From an uncultured Thermoleophilia bacterium (GTDB lineage Bacteria > Actinomycetota > Thermoleophilia > UBA2241): a stretch of 64,000 nt of DNA. A program made the position numbers and the translations under genes. Numbering within the stretch: position 1 is the stretch's first letter; every line of letters begins with the position of its first letter. A model generated the notes under the pieces. It was given only the letters and a program-made list of their open reading frames with translations. It did no database searches and had not been told where the DNA came from. The stretch lies in NCBI GenBank assembly GCA_963702475.1, contig CAVPCT010000006.1, positions 160,001-224,000 on the forward strand. The letters run 5' to 3'. Below are positions 39,694 through 50,133 of the stretch, piece after piece.

Positions 39694-41700
39694 CTAGACG
39701 AGCGTCGCGGGAGGCTCGGCGGCGATCTCGGCGAGGAAGTCCTCGCCGTACCGCTCCAGCTTGGTCGTGCCGACGCCGTTCACGGCGAGCAGTTCGTCGG
39801 CTGTGCGCGGTCTGCGCGCCGCCATCTCCGCGAGTGCGGCGTCGCTGAACACCACGTAGGCCGGGACGTGCTGCGCGTCTGCAAGGCGCTTGCGCAGCGC
39901 GCGTAGTCGCTCGAAGAGCTCCTCGTCGATCTCGAGCCCGGCGAGGCTCTCGGCGCGGGCGCGCCGGTCGGCCGCCTTGCGCACCTTGGCGCTGGGGACG
40001 CGCGTGCGTGGCTTGGCGAGCACCAGCGTCTCGTCGCCGCGCAGCAGCGGCCGCGCCGCCTCGGTGAGCCGCAGCGTGGAGTAGTGCGCGATGTCCTGCG
40101 AGAGGTAGCCGCGGTGGATGAGCTGGCGGATGAGGCTCTGCCAATGGTCGCGGCTCAGCGCGCCGCCGATGCCGAAGGTGCTGAGCTTGTCGTGGCCGCG
40201 CGCGAGGGTCTTTTCGTTCTCCTGGCCGCGCAGGACGTCGATGACGTAGCCGATGCCGTACCCGAACCCGCTGCGCTCCCACAGCCTGTACACGCAGCTC
40301 AGCGCCATCTGCGCCTGCTCGGTGGCGTCGAAGGTCTCGGGTGGGTCGAGGCAGATGTCGCAGTTGCCGCAAGGCGACGGGTAGGGCTCTCCGAAGTAGC
40401 CGAGGAGCGCCTCGCGGCGGCAGGTGAGGCCGTCCGCGTAGTCGACCATGGCGTTGAGCTTGTGGATCTCGATGCGCACGCGCTCCGGATCGCGCTCGTG
40501 CTCTTCGTCGCCGTTGCGGCCGCCGCCCTCCACCAGGCTGCGCACGACGGCCGCGTCGCCGAGGCCGAAGAGTAGCAGGGCCTCGGCCGGCAGGCTGTCG
40601 CGGCCGCCGCGCCCGGTCTCCTGGTAGTAGCTCTCGACCGACTTCGGCAGGTCGTGGTGCACCACGAAACGCACGTTGCTCTTGTCGATGCCCATGCCGA
40701 AGGCGACAGTCGCCACCACGACAAGGATGTCGTCGGCGGCGAACGCGTCCTGCACCCGCCGCCGCTCGTGCGGTGGCAGCCCGGCGTGGTACGCGGCCGC
40801 GCTCACGCCGTGTGCCCGCAGCTTCTCTGCGACCTCTTCCGTACGCCTGCGCGACAGGCAGTACACGATACCGGATTCGCCATGGTGCCCCGCGAGGAAC
40901 TTGAGCAGCTGGTGCAGGGGTTCCCGCTTGTCGACGACGGTGTAGCGGATGTTCGGACGGTCGAAGCCGGTGACGAAGACCGGGGCCTCCGCGAGCCCGA
41001 GTCTCGCGCGTACGTCGTCGCGCGTCTCGGGGTCGGCGGTGGCCGTGCACGCGAGGACGGGCACGCCGGGGAAGAGGCCGCGGAGCTGGCCGAGCTGCAC
41101 ATACTCGGGGCGGAAGTCGTGGCCCCACTGGCTCACGCAGTGCGCCTCGTCGATGGCGAACAGGGCGACGCCGGGCCGGTCGGCGGCGGCTGTTGCGGGA
41201 GCGCCGGACCCCTCTGCGGCGGCTGCGGGAGTGGCGGCCTGCGGGTCGCCCACGGCTGGGTCGCCGCCGCAGAGCCCCTGCAGTCGCTCCAGAAACGAAT
41301 CGGTCATGAGTGTCTCGGGCGCGACGTACAGCAGGTCCAGCCGCCCGCCGTGCAGGTCGCGCAAGACGTCACGGGCCTCGTCGGGCTCGAGCGACGAGTT
41401 GTAGGCGGCGGCGCGTACGCCGGCGGCCCGCAGCGCGTCGACCTGGTCCTTCATCAGCGAGATGAGCGGCGAGACGACGATGCCGGTGCCGGGGCGCACG
41501 AGCGCCGGCAACTGGTAGCAGAGGGACTTGCCGCCGCCGGTGGGCATGAGCACGAACCCGTCGCCTCCGGCGATGAGGTGCTCGACGATCTCCTCCTGGT
41601 GCGGGCGGTAGTCGGCGAACCCGAACACGTCGCGCAGAAGGGCGCGGGCCGGCGTCGGCGTATGCGGTGCGTGAGTGACGGATGCAGGGGCGAGGGTCAC
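39694..41700 (-). CDS. recQ: ATP-dependent DNA helicase RecQ
   Basis: [56 protein letters not shown] domain. Confidence 0.97.
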   Translation of the reverse strand: MTLAPASVTHAPHTPTPARALLRDVFGFADYRPHQEEIVEHLIAGGDGFVLMPTGGGKSLCYQLPALVRPGTGIVVSPLISLMKDQVDALRAAGVRAAAYNSSLEPDEARDVLRDLHGGRLDLLYVAPETLMTDSFLERLQGLCGGDPAVGDPQAATPAAAAEGSGAPATAAADRPGVALFAIDEAHCVSQWGHDFRPEYVQLGQLRGLFPGVPVLACTATADPETRDDVRARLGLAEAPVFVTGFDRPNIRYTVVDKREPLHQLLKFLAGHHGESGIVYCLSRRRTEEVAEKLRAHGVSAAAYHAGLPPHERRRVQDAFAADDILVVVATVAFGMGIDKSNVRFVVHHDLPKSVESYYQETGRGGRDSLPAEALLLFGLGDAAVVRSLVEGGGRNGDEEHERDPERVRIEIHKLNAMVDYADGLTCRREALLGYFGEPYPSPCGNCDICLDPPETFDATEQAQMALSCVYRLWERSGFGYGIGYVIDVLRGQENEKTLARGHDKLSTFGIGGALSRDHWQSLIRQLIHRGYLSQDIAHYSTLRLTEAARPLLRGDETLVLAKPRTRVPSAKVRKAADRRARAESLAGLEIDEELFERLRALRKRLADAQHVPAYVVFSDAALAEMAARRPRTADELLAVNGVGTTKLERYGEDFLAEIAAEPPATLV

Positions 41701-41898
41701 GGTCCGAGTCTAGCAAGGTTGACGGACGGCGGACCCGACGCAGGACCGGGGCCGCCGTCCGCGCGCGGGGCCGGGCACGGTCCGGCCGTGATCGCAAGTC
41801 CCGTCGGCGCCCGCGACCGGACGCCGTTCAGCGTGTGCGCGTACAATCCGGCACGCACGCGACGTTCGGCGGCGCTCAGCGCCGTGAGGAGGCTCGAG

Positions 41899-42342
41899 AT
41901 GAAGTACGCAGCGGCGTCCCTGGGCCGCGTCCTGGTGGTCAGGCTCGAGGACGGCGACGTGGTCCACGAGTGCATCGAGGAGGCGGCGCGAGCCGAAGGC
42001 ATCGCGCGCGCCGCCGTGATCCTGCTCGGCGGAGCAGCCGGCGGCAGCCGCCTCGTGGTGGGGCCCGAGGACGCGGCGGCGAGGCCGGTCGCCGCCATGC
42101 AGCGGGCGATGCACGACGTCCACGAGATGGTCGGCGCCGGCACCGTGTTCCCCGACGAGGCCGGGCGGCCCATCCTTCACCTGCACGCGTCGTTCGGGCG
42201 GGATGCCGACGTGACCACTGGCTGCATCCGCGCCGGCGTCACCACCTGGGTCGTCGCAGAGGCCATCGTCGTCGAGATCGTCGGGAGCGACGCGGTACGC
42301 CGCGTGGACCCTGCGAGCGGGTTCGAGCTCCTGGAGGTCTGA
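41899..42342 (+). CDS. PPC/DUF296 domain protein
   Basis: GRVLVVRLEDG, LHLHASFG, GAGGAGG RBS, upstream TACAAT. Confidence 0.85.
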   Translation: MKYAAASLGRVLVVRLEDGDVVHECIEEAARAEGIARAAVILLGGAAGGSRLVVGPEDAAARPVAAMQRAMHDVHEMVGAGTVFPDEAGRPILHLHASFGRDADVTTGCIRAGVTTWVVAEAIVVEIVGSDAVRRVDPASGFELLEV

Positions 42343-42414
42343 GGCGAGACGGAACAGGGGGAGTGTGACCTCGCTCCCACGTCCACGCCGGGAGGCGCGC
42401 GTGACGGCCTCGGG

Positions 42415-42562
42415 AGACGGCAAAGGCGGGGCTCGAGGAGCCCCGCCTTTGCGTGCATCGTCCCCCGGAGTCGGTGTCCGGCGCCGGTGCATCCGCCCCT
42501 GAGTGCGGACAGCCTCGGGTCCGTCGCCGCGTCCGGGGCACAGGTGATGCCCCGTCCGGTTC
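42415..42562 (-). ncRNA. Candidate orphan small RNA (about 145 nt)
   Basis: Minus-strand TTGCCT-16-TACAAT promoter (42595 to 42568), internal hairpins, ends at the 42420-42452 stem; no credible ORF. Confidence 0.35.
42420..42452. terminator. 15-bp perfect stem-loop, probable bidirectional terminator
   Basis: gcaaaggcggggctc-gag-gagccccgcctttgc. Confidence 0.7.
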
Positions 42563-43028
42563 GCGGGATTGTACACGTTCCGCGGATGAAGGCAATCGGA
42601 ATTGTCTCTCATGGGACCGAGATCCGAGCCGCGGGGTCCACCGACACGACGCAGGATGAGTGCCGGTGCGAGGACTCGAGACGCAGGCGGGCCGGATCCT
42701 GGACATGGCGGGGGAGCGATCGGCTGTCGGGGCGCCGGACACAAGACGGGGGCCGGCGCCTTTCGCCGTACCCCCGCCACACTCCCTACCGCCGGTGACC
42801 GGCGTCTACATCCACCTGCAGCGGAATCCCGAAGCCGCGACCGGTAGGGTGATCACTTCTACGGGGCGTCGTTCGCGCCCCGGCCCCGTTCTCCTGCACG
42901 GGCCGTCACCACGGCGTTTCTGTCGAAGGGCGGGGCTCCTCTGGACCGCGCTTCTCACGGGTGTCATCCTGCCTTGCGACGGCGCTCCGCGCCGGGCCGC
43001 GTCCCATGGAGGCTGAGGGGGAGTCCAG

Positions 43029-43388
43029 ATGGGCCTCGACACGTACCCGTCGCGATCTGCTCACGAGATCGCGCTCACGCTGGAGGATGAGCTGTCGCTG
43101 GCGGCACTCGACCTGCGCCTGTGCGAGTGGCTCGGCTATGGCGCGTTCCGGGGGAAGGTGTATCTGGACGTCGTCGACCGGGTCGCCGCCGTCTGCCTCA
43201 CCCAGGACTGGATCGCGCCCGAGGAGGTGGCCGAGATGGCGGCCGCGTTCGAGGCGTGCGATGTGGAGGAGGTCGTGCGCGCGTCCGCCCGCGACCACTA
43301 CCCAGTCACGGGCGAGGAGGTCAGGTCTCTGTCGAGGCTGTTCCGCACGTGCGCCGATCTCGGTCTCGGTCTCATCGGCGACTACTGA
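43029..43388 (+). CDS. Hypothetical acidic protein (MGLD start)
   Basis: GAGGGGGAG RBS, GC3-rich codons, followed by hairpin. Confidence 0.75.
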   Translation: MGLDTYPSRSAHEIALTLEDELSLAALDLRLCEWLGYGAFRGKVYLDVVDRVAAVCLTQDWIAPEEVAEMAAAFEACDVEEVVRASARDHYPVTGEEVRSLSRLFRTCADLGLGLIGDY

Positions 43389-43398
43389 GCAGGAGCTG

Positions 43399-43430
43399 AG
43401 GGCGGGGAGTGCGACCGCACTCCCCGCCCT
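43399..43430. terminator. Stem-loop between convergent genes
   Basis: agggcggggagtgcg / cgcactccccgccct inverted repeat. Confidence 0.7.
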
Positions 43431-43534
43431 TGCCCGCCGGAGCTCCGACTCACTGGCCGGTGTGCCGGTTCCGCGACGGCTTCGCGGCCGGCGGTCCGCA
43501 GTGGCGCCGCCGGCCGGGTCTCACCTGTTCCGGG

Positions 43535-45401
43535 TCAGATGCCCAGCGCGGCGCGCTTCTCGGCGATGTGCGCGAGCATCGCAGCCACGGCCTCCTTGGC
43601 GTTCGTCTCCACGGCGAGCTTGCCGCCGGTCACGCTCGGCAGGTCCTGGGTCACGAGCTTCACCAGGTTCGGTGCGCCGGTGACGAACGGCACCGGGTTC
43701 ACGTGCGTGTACAGGCCGAAGGCCAGCGCGGCCATGGCGTCGATGGTGGCCTTCTGCTCCATGTACTCGGGGGCAGTGGCCACGACCGGCAGGTCGCAGG
43801 TGTCCACGCCGAGGGCGTCGGCGATGGCGCCGACGAGCAGCAGGATGCGGCCGGTGTCGGTGCAGGTGCCGAAGCTGAGCACCGGCGGGATGCCGAGCAG
43901 CTCGCAGACGGCCTTGAGGCCGGGGCCGGCGAGCTCCTTGGCCTCGGCGGCCTCGAGGCCCGCGACCTGCAGGCCGGCGTTGCCGCAGCCCATGGCCAGC
44001 ACGAGCACGTCGTTCTTGATGAGTTCCTTGGCGATGGACACGGTGTGGCTGTCCTGGTCGCAGTCGCGCAGGGTGGTGCAGCTCACGAGGCCGCAGACGC
44101 CCTTGAGCGTGCCGTTCTTGATGACGTCGAGCAGCGGGTCGAGGCTGCCGCCCAAGGCGCCGAGGATCGACTCGGTGCTGAAGCCGGCCACGGCGTCGCC
44201 GACCGGGAGCTTGGGCACGTAGGTGTTCTTGGCGCGGCGCGTCGGGAAGTTGGCGATCGCCATGTCCATGAGCTGCTGCGCCTGCTCGGCCGCCTTGGTC
44301 GGCCTCGAAGACCACGGGCGCCTCGGCGCCGTCGATGCCGACGAGGTCGCTGACCGGGACGAGCAGGGTGCCGTGGGCGGCGCACAGGGCGCCCAGGGTC
44401 GGCACGACGCAGTTCATGTCGGCGGCGAACACGTCGATGCCGCCGGTGGCCACGGCCAGCTCCTCCGTGAGCCAGTTGCCGGTGAGGCCGACGAAGACGT
44501 CGTCCACCTCGTAGCGCTGGATGAGCTCCTGGCCGGTCTCGATGGAGCCGACGATGCGCAGGCCCTTGGCCCCGGCCGCCTTGGCCTTCTCCTGTACGGC
44601 CGCGGCGTGCGCGGCCTCGATCAGCGTGGCGCCCACCATGGGCTCGTGGCCGTTGACGACGACGTTGACGTACTCGCCGTCGATGATGCCGAGGTCGACC
44701 TTGACGGCGTGCGGCTGCGGCGTGCCGAAGAGAGCGTCCTGGGCGAGCTCGAGCGGGATCTGCGCGCCGTAGGCGGTGGCGATGCCGAGGCGCAGGCCCT
44801 TGAGGGCGAGGGAGACGTAGTTGCCGTCCACGTTGGTGAGGCAGCTCGAGGTGGCGTACATGTTCTCGTGGAACACGCCGCCCGGCATGATGCCGAGTTC
44901 CTTCCACTTGGCCACGCGCTTGGCCGGCGCCAGCCTCTCGACCAGCGGCGACGGGCTCTGGTGGTCGCGGTTGAACTCCTGAAGCACGGCATCGGCCACG
45001 CGCTTCGGCAGCGTGTCGCGCGGCTCGACGGCCTCGTCGAGCACGCCCGCGAGCAGCTCGAGCTTGCTCCAGTCCTTGATCTGGAAGGTGCCGCCGTCCT
45101 GCGCCGTCCGGAGGGTCTTCATGACCTCGACGGCGTGGTACGTGTAGGTGGCGGTGCCCATGGTGTTCTGCAGCAGGAAGTTGCGCATCGCCATGCCGTC
45201 GGCGTCGATGCCGCAGACGCCGCGCGGCGCCTTCTCGGTGAGCCGGCACGGGCCCTGCGAGCACAGCGAGCAGCGGATGCCCTTCTCGCAGAAGCCGCAG
45301 CGGCTGCCCATGGCGTCCATGCGGTCGAACGACGTCTCCTTCTCGTCGTCCCGCGTCTGCTCGAGCATCGTGTGGACTGAAGCGTGGTAACTGTCGGCCA
45401 T
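43535..45401 (-). CDS. cooS: CooS-family (CODH/HCP fold) protein, CooS-V/clade D-like (+1 frameshift near 44303)
   Basis: CGFC, CSLCSQGPC..GVCG, NGHEP, GSIETG in place of GICCTG, DMNC, LVSC, MGCG, FGTCTD, EQKA. Confidence 0.9.
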
Positions 45402-45462
45402 GGCTCCTCCTGGGAGGTTTGGAAGGTTCAGGCGCCGGCGGCGCCGACCGGACGAGACAACG

Positions 45463-45488
45463 ACGGCGCCGGCCTCAGCCGGCGCCGT
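45463..45488. other. Intercistronic hairpin between ferredoxin and cooS
   Basis: acggcgccggc-ctca-gccggcgccgt. Confidence 0.55.
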
Positions 45489-45514
45489 ACGGGGTCAGGT
45501 GGGGAGGTGCGGCG

Positions 45515-45898
45515 TCAACCGTGGATGAGGGCGGGGAGGCACTTGACGCACACCCAGGTGCTCTCGCCCTTGGTGCGGCACGGGAACAGGATGGCGTCCA
45601 TCTCGCTGCGGCCGCAGTTGAAGCAGTGCTGGTTGAGTGCCACGGCGGCCGCGAGCTTGTCGGCGACGTTCTGCGCGGCGGCGTCTTCGTCGAAATCGGG
45701 GGCTTCGCGCTTCTCCACGGTGAGGGCTCCTTCCGGACAGACGGCGAGGCAGAAGCCGGCGCCGTCGCACAGCTCCTCCTTCATCACCGTGGCCTTGCCG
45801 TCGACGATCTCGATGGCGCCTTCGGCGCAGGGGGTGACGCAGTCGCCACACCCGGTGCAGAGGTCTTCGTCGATCTTGATGATGCTGCGGACCGGCAT
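45515..45898 (-). CDS. Ferredoxin with C-terminal Cys-rich (Zn-ribbon-like) domain
   Basis: IIKIDEDLCTGCGDCVTPCAEGAI..CDGAGFCLAVCP; CFNC..C..CVKC. Confidence 0.88.
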   Translation of the reverse strand: MPVRSIIKIDEDLCTGCGDCVTPCAEGAIEIVDGKATVMKEELCDGAGFCLAVCPEGALTVEKREAPDFDEDAAAQNVADKLAAAVALNQHCFNCGRSEMDAILFPCRTKGESTWVCVKCLPALIHG

Positions 45899-45988
45899 TC
45901 CTGCTCGCTTTCGTCTTCTGGTGATGGGAAGGCGCCGGTGGCGGCTTCGCGCGCCGGCGCCTCGATTGGCACTCTTCTGATGGTGTCT

Positions 45989-46031
45989 ACTGTACGCTTG
46001 TGCGCCGTTGCTCAACCTTGACCTGCGTCAA
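45989..46031 (-). promoter_or_regulatory. Crp/Fnr-type operator TTGAC-N4-GTCAA with -10 TACAGT (class II spacing)
   Basis: Perfect palindrome at 46018-46031, centred 30.5 nt upstream of the first base of the -10 hexamer (45994 to 45989). Confidence 0.72.
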
Positions 46032-46124
46032 TGGTGAGGAACGGCAGCCCGGCGCCACGGCCGCGAGTGACGGGGCGCGACAGCGCAGGGGTAGGATTGA
46101 GCCCCGCCGTCGACGGCGGGTCTC

Positions 46125-47375
46125 ATGATCACGGCCGAGACAGACATCCGCATCATGTTCCTCTCCGCGCTGGCGCGAGCCTTGGCGCGCTTCGGAGAGG
46201 ACTCCGATTCCATTGAACGCGACCTCGTCGGGTGCGCGGCGCGTCTCGGCTTGCCGGGGCAGTTCTACGCGACCCCGACCATGGTGATGGCCTCGTTCGG
46301 CAGCGACGAACAACCGCGCACGATCCTCCTGAGGATCCACGAAGGCATGATCGACCTCGAGGCTCTCGACCGGGTCAACGCCGTGCGCAAGGGCGTGATG
46401 AGCGGCGAGAAGACGGCGCCTCAAGCACTCGCCGAGCTCAACCTGATCGCCGCCGCCCCCGCGCGCTTCCCCTGGGTCGTCCGCGTGCTCGCCTCCGGGC
46501 TGGGAGCCGGCTCGTTCGCCATCTTTCTCGGAGGTGAGTGGCCGGCGTTCCTCGCGGCGTTGCCCGTGGGCCTGGTGGTAGGGGCCGTCGTGCTCATCTC
46601 GCAGCGGTACGCTCGCCTGCACCCGCTCGCAGCACTGCTCGGCGCCTTCGCCGCAGCCGTCACGACGCTCGCGGTGGGACACGTGATCCGCCACTTCAGC
46701 CTGCCGACCGTGGCGCTGGCCGGGCTCATTCTCCTTTTGCCCGGCCTGGCCATCACGACAGGTGTGGCGGAGCTGGCGGCGCGGCAACTCACCTCCGGTA
46801 CGGCGCGGCTCGCCGGCGCCACCGTCACACTGGTCAACCTCGGGGTCGGCAGCTTCCTGGGGTTCGCCGTCGTGACCCGCCTGGACTGGGTGCCGCGCAC
46901 GCTGGCCATCGCCTCTCACCCGTCGGCCGTGGCCGTGCTCGTGGCGCTGGTCGCCACGGCCCTGTCTCTGCACGTGTCCGCCAACGCCCGCACGCGCGAC
47001 TGGCCGCTCACTCTCGGGGCCGTCATCGTGGCGCTCGCCGGGGCGCGCTTCGGCGCCTGGCTCTTCGGGGCGACGCTCGGTGTGGTGGTCGCGTCGTTCG
47101 CGCTGGGCCTCTGTGCGAACGGCTACGCGCGGCTGAGCCGGCGCCCGGCCGCGCTGGTGCTGATCCCCGGGCTGGCCGTCCTGGTGCCCGGGGCCCTCGG
47201 CCTGCGCGGCGTCAGCGAGTTCCTGCGCACGGCAGCCGGAGGCGTCAACGTGCTCATCGGCGTCGTCATCATCGCCGCGGGCCTCGTGGTGGGACTGCTC
47301 GTGGCCGACGCCCTCCTGCCGGCGCGTCCATCGGACGAGGGCGACGGCGTGCCGGGCGAAGGAGCGGCGGAGTAG
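46125..47375 (+). CDS. Threonine/serine exporter ThrE family
   Basis: Soluble N-terminus, LLLPGLAIT..ELA..SG.ARL, LIPGLAVLVPG, about 10 TM. Confidence 0.85.
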   Translation: MITAETDIRIMFLSALARALARFGEDSDSIERDLVGCAARLGLPGQFYATPTMVMASFGSDEQPRTILLRIHEGMIDLEALDRVNAVRKGVMSGEKTAPQALAELNLIAAAPARFPWVVRVLASGLGAGSFAIFLGGEWPAFLAALPVGLVVGAVVLISQRYARLHPLAALLGAFAAAVTTLAVGHVIRHFSLPTVALAGLILLLPGLAITTGVAELAARQLTSGTARLAGATVTLVNLGVGSFLGFAVVTRLDWVPRTLAIASHPSAVAVLVALVATALSLHVSANARTRDWPLTLGAVIVALAGARFGAWLFGATLGVVVASFALGLCANGYARLSRRPAALVLIPGLAVLVPGALGLRGVSEFLRTAAGGVNVLIGVVIIAAGLVVGLLVADALLPARPSDEGDGVPGEGAAE

Positions 47376-47392
47376 TCGGGCGCCCGCCGCCG

Positions 47393-48040
47393 TCACGCTT
47401 GCCCGAGGTCACCGGCTGAGGCGGGCGTCACGACCTTGAAGAACAGCCGTCTGCCCATCCCCTGCCCATAGGCCAGCGAGCCCCACAGCGCCGCGAGGCT
47501 GTCGATCAAGCCGACCTTGTCGAGGTCGCCCACGTACACTGGCCGGAGACCGGTGCTCGCAATGAGCTTCTCAGCCTCTGCGCGCCGGGCGGCGGGTCCG
47601 GCGAAGAGCAGGTCGGCCTGCACACCGCCGATCACGGGGTCCGCGAAGTTCTCCCAGCCGAGGGAGTTGAAGGCACGGTACACGGCCGCCGTCGGCGCCG
47701 CTGCGGCGATGACGGCGACGCTGTTCATCTCTCCCTGCTCGCTGAGCGACCCACCGGTGCGGTTCGACGCGTCCATCACGATCTTGCCCTCCAACGACGC
47801 GCCGTGGTTCGCGATGAGATCGTCCATGGCGCCGCCGGGGACGGCGAGGACGGCGGCCTCTGCCCCACCGAGGGCTTCGGCGATACCCGACACCGGAAGG
47901 TCGCCGAGCTCGGCGCGTGCCGCGGCCGCTGAGGCCCCCTCGGGGTCGCGGGTGCCGACCACGACGTCGTGCCCTGCGGCCGCCAGGTTCTTCGCGAGGG
48001 CCGGCCCCACGTGGCCGGCGCCGATGATGGCGATGCGCAT
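47393..48040 (-). CDS. NADPH-dependent F420-reductase-like oxidoreductase
   Basis: MRIAIIGAGHVG, GTRDP, LAVP, DASN, RAFN; GGAGGAG RBS. Confidence 0.85.
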   Translation of the reverse strand: MRIAIIGAGHVGPALAKNLAAAGHDVVVGTRDPEGASAAAARAELGDLPVSGIAEALGGAEAAVLAVPGGAMDDLIANHGASLEGKIVMDASNRTGGSLSEQGEMNSVAVIAAAAPTAAVYRAFNSLGWENFADPVIGGVQADLLFAGPAARRAEAEKLIASTGLRPVYVGDLDKVGLIDSLAALWGSLAYGQGMGRRLFFKVVTPASAGDLGQA

Positions 48041-48096
48041 GTCTCCTCCGTTCATCTGCCGCGGCCGGGGCTTGCTCCCGGCCCTCCGTGGGAATA

Positions 48097-48125
48097 GTTT
48101 GTTACCAAACAGTTTGATAGCAAAC
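48097..48125. promoter_or_regulatory. Tandem palindromic operator GTTTG-N4-CAAAC x2 (probable MarR site)
   Basis: GTTTGTTACCAAAC-A-GTTTGATAGCAAAC between the divergent oxidoreductase and MarR genes. Confidence 0.75.
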
Positions 48126-48144
48126 ATCTTCGGCGGTGGACCCG

Positions 48145-48735
48145 ATGAGCGGCACACACGAGCACGGAGGTACGAAGAGGCGGGACGGAGGAGGACTGGA
48201 CACGCCGGCCCGGGCGGCGGGGGCACGGCAGGGCGACGGCGACGCCGTGGACGCCATCATCGCCGCCTGGAACCGGGAGCGGCCGGAGCTGGACGTGACG
48301 AGCGTCGGGGTGGTCTCGCGCGTCACCCGGCTCTCGGCGCGGTTCACGCAGGCGCTGGAGGCCAACTTCGCCCGGCACCGGTTGACCAAGGCTTCGTTCG
48401 AGGCGCTGGCCGCCCTGCGTCGCAGCGGAGCGCCGTACCGCCTGTCGCAGACTGCGCTCATGCGTGAGCTCTCGCTGACGCCCGGCACCGTGAGCGTACG
48501 CATCCGCCGCCTGGTGGACGACGGGCTCGCCCTGCGACGGGACGACCCCGGCGACAGGCGCGGCGTGATCGTCGAGCTGACGGAGGCGGGCCTCGACGCG
48601 TTCGAGGACGTCGTGGCCGACCACCTGGCGACCGAGCGGCGCCTGCTTGCGGCCCTGGACGCCGGCGAGCAGGAGCTGCTCGCCGGCCTGTTGCGCCGTC
48701 TGCTGCTCCACGTCCCCGCCGGTGGCGAGCCGTGA
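48145..48735 (+). CDS. MarR family regulator (TamR/PecS-like)
   Basis: DAVDAIIAAWNRERPELD, LAALRRSGAPYRL, DPGDRRGVIVELT. Confidence 0.9.
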   Translation: MSGTHEHGGTKRRDGGGLDTPARAAGARQGDGDAVDAIIAAWNRERPELDVTSVGVVSRVTRLSARFTQALEANFARHRLTKASFEALAALRRSGAPYRLSQTALMRELSLTPGTVSVRIRRLVDDGLALRRDDPGDRRGVIVELTEAGLDAFEDVVADHLATERRLLAALDAGEQELLAGLLRRLLLHVPAGGEP

Positions 48736-49929
48736 GCGCCGTCGAGCAGTCGCACGGCGACGGCCCCCGTCGCGTGCTGCCCGTGCTGCTGCGCGACGCC
48801 GGCGAGGAGCGTCACCCGTCGTGGCTCGAGCTCTTCTTCGACCTGTGCTTCGTGGCCGCCGTCGCCGCGTTGGCGTCCGGTCTCTACCACCACCCCGACC
48901 TGCGGGGCGTGCTCGTGTTCGCGGGACTGTTCGTGCCGGTGTGGTGGGCGTGGATGGGGTACACGTGGTACGCATCCGCCTTCGACAACGACGACGTGGT
49001 GTTCCGCATCGCCTGGCTGGGCGCCATGCTGCTCGTCATCGCGCTGGCGTCGCAGGTGGGGGCGGTGACCGAGGGGCGCGGCGCGGGCTTCGCGCTCGTG
49101 TACGGGCTGCTGCAGGCCCTGATCGCGCTGCTGTTCCTCAGGGCGCGGCGTCACGAGACGGCCGCCAGGGCGTTCGCCACCCGGTACGCCGCGGGGGATG
49201 CCGCTGGCGCCGCCGTGTGGCTGGCGTCGGCCGTCGTGCCGGCGCCGGCGCAGTACGCCCTCTGGGCGCTGGGCATGGTCGTGCTCATGGCGACGCCGCC
49301 CGTGGCCGTGATGGCGTACCACGGCAAGGCCTTCAACGCGGCCCACATCGCGGAGAGGTACGGCCTGTTCACGTTGATCGTGCTCGGCGAGTCGGTGGTG
49401 GCGGTGGCCGCCGCGCTCGGCGGCGAGGCGGGGCTGCGCGGCGGCGTCACGGCGGCGCTCGGCTTCGGCGCCGCCGCCTGCCTCTGGTGGGTGTACTTCG
49501 GCTCCGTGCGCTGGTCTTCGCTCACGCCGCGACAGCCTGCTGCGCTCCTTCACCTGGGGGTACGGCCACCTGTTCGTGTTCGCCGGTGTGGCGGCGACGG
49601 CCGTCGGCGTGCACCTCGCGGCGGACGTGGCGGCCGGACACGTGGGCATGACCACTGCGGCGCGCTGGATCTACGCCGGCGGCCTCGCCGCGGTCCTCCT
49701 GGCGCTGGTGGCGGTCCACTTCGTGACGGTGATGCGCTGGGACGCACTCGCCGCCGTGCGCACCGGCGCCGCCGCGGCGCTCGCCGTGCTGGCGGCGAGT
49801 GCAGGCGCGGTCGGCCCCGTGTGGTTCAGCGCACTCGCGTTCTCCGTCCTGCTGGTCCTGGCGGTCGCGGAGGCCCGCATCCTCGGCCTCGCCGCCCCGG
49901 GAGAGTCCTCCCCCCGGATCGGAGGGTAG
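48732..49929 (+). CDS. ltrA: Low temperature requirement protein A family (+1 frameshift near 49527)
   Basis: WLELFFDLCFV, ERYGLFTLIVLGE, WWVYF; continues WGYGHLFVFAG in next frame. Confidence 0.87.
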
Positions 49930-50133
49930 CGCCCGGCTCACGCAACGCGGCGGCTTCAGCCGCGCGGCCTCGTCTTCGCCCGCTCGACCGTCTGCTCTAT
50001 GCGGCGCGCCCGGGTGACCGGTCGGCGCGCCTCCAGGATCCGGCCGACGTACTCGCGCCGGTGCGGGATCGGCAGTGCGGCGATCGCCGTCGCCCTGGCG
50101 GCGGCCGTCTTCGCGGTCCTGTACCATGTCCCT

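Noticed and set aside
42815-42900. c-di-AMP (ydaO)-like riboswitch fragment (GAATCC..GTAGGGTGA)
   Set aside because: The conserved CCCGTCAGCTAAC and GGGGGA elements are absent; TAGGGT is more simply a -10 box.
44290-44320. Programmed ribosomal frameshifting at the broken genes
   Set aside because: No slippery heptamers or shared stimulatory structure; uniform +1 gains in unrelated genes fit sequencing error better.
43535-45401. CooS as evidence of CO oxidation or the Wood-Ljungdahl pathway
   Set aside because: A C-cluster Cys and the relay His are substituted, and no acsB/cooC/cooF operon context is present in the window.
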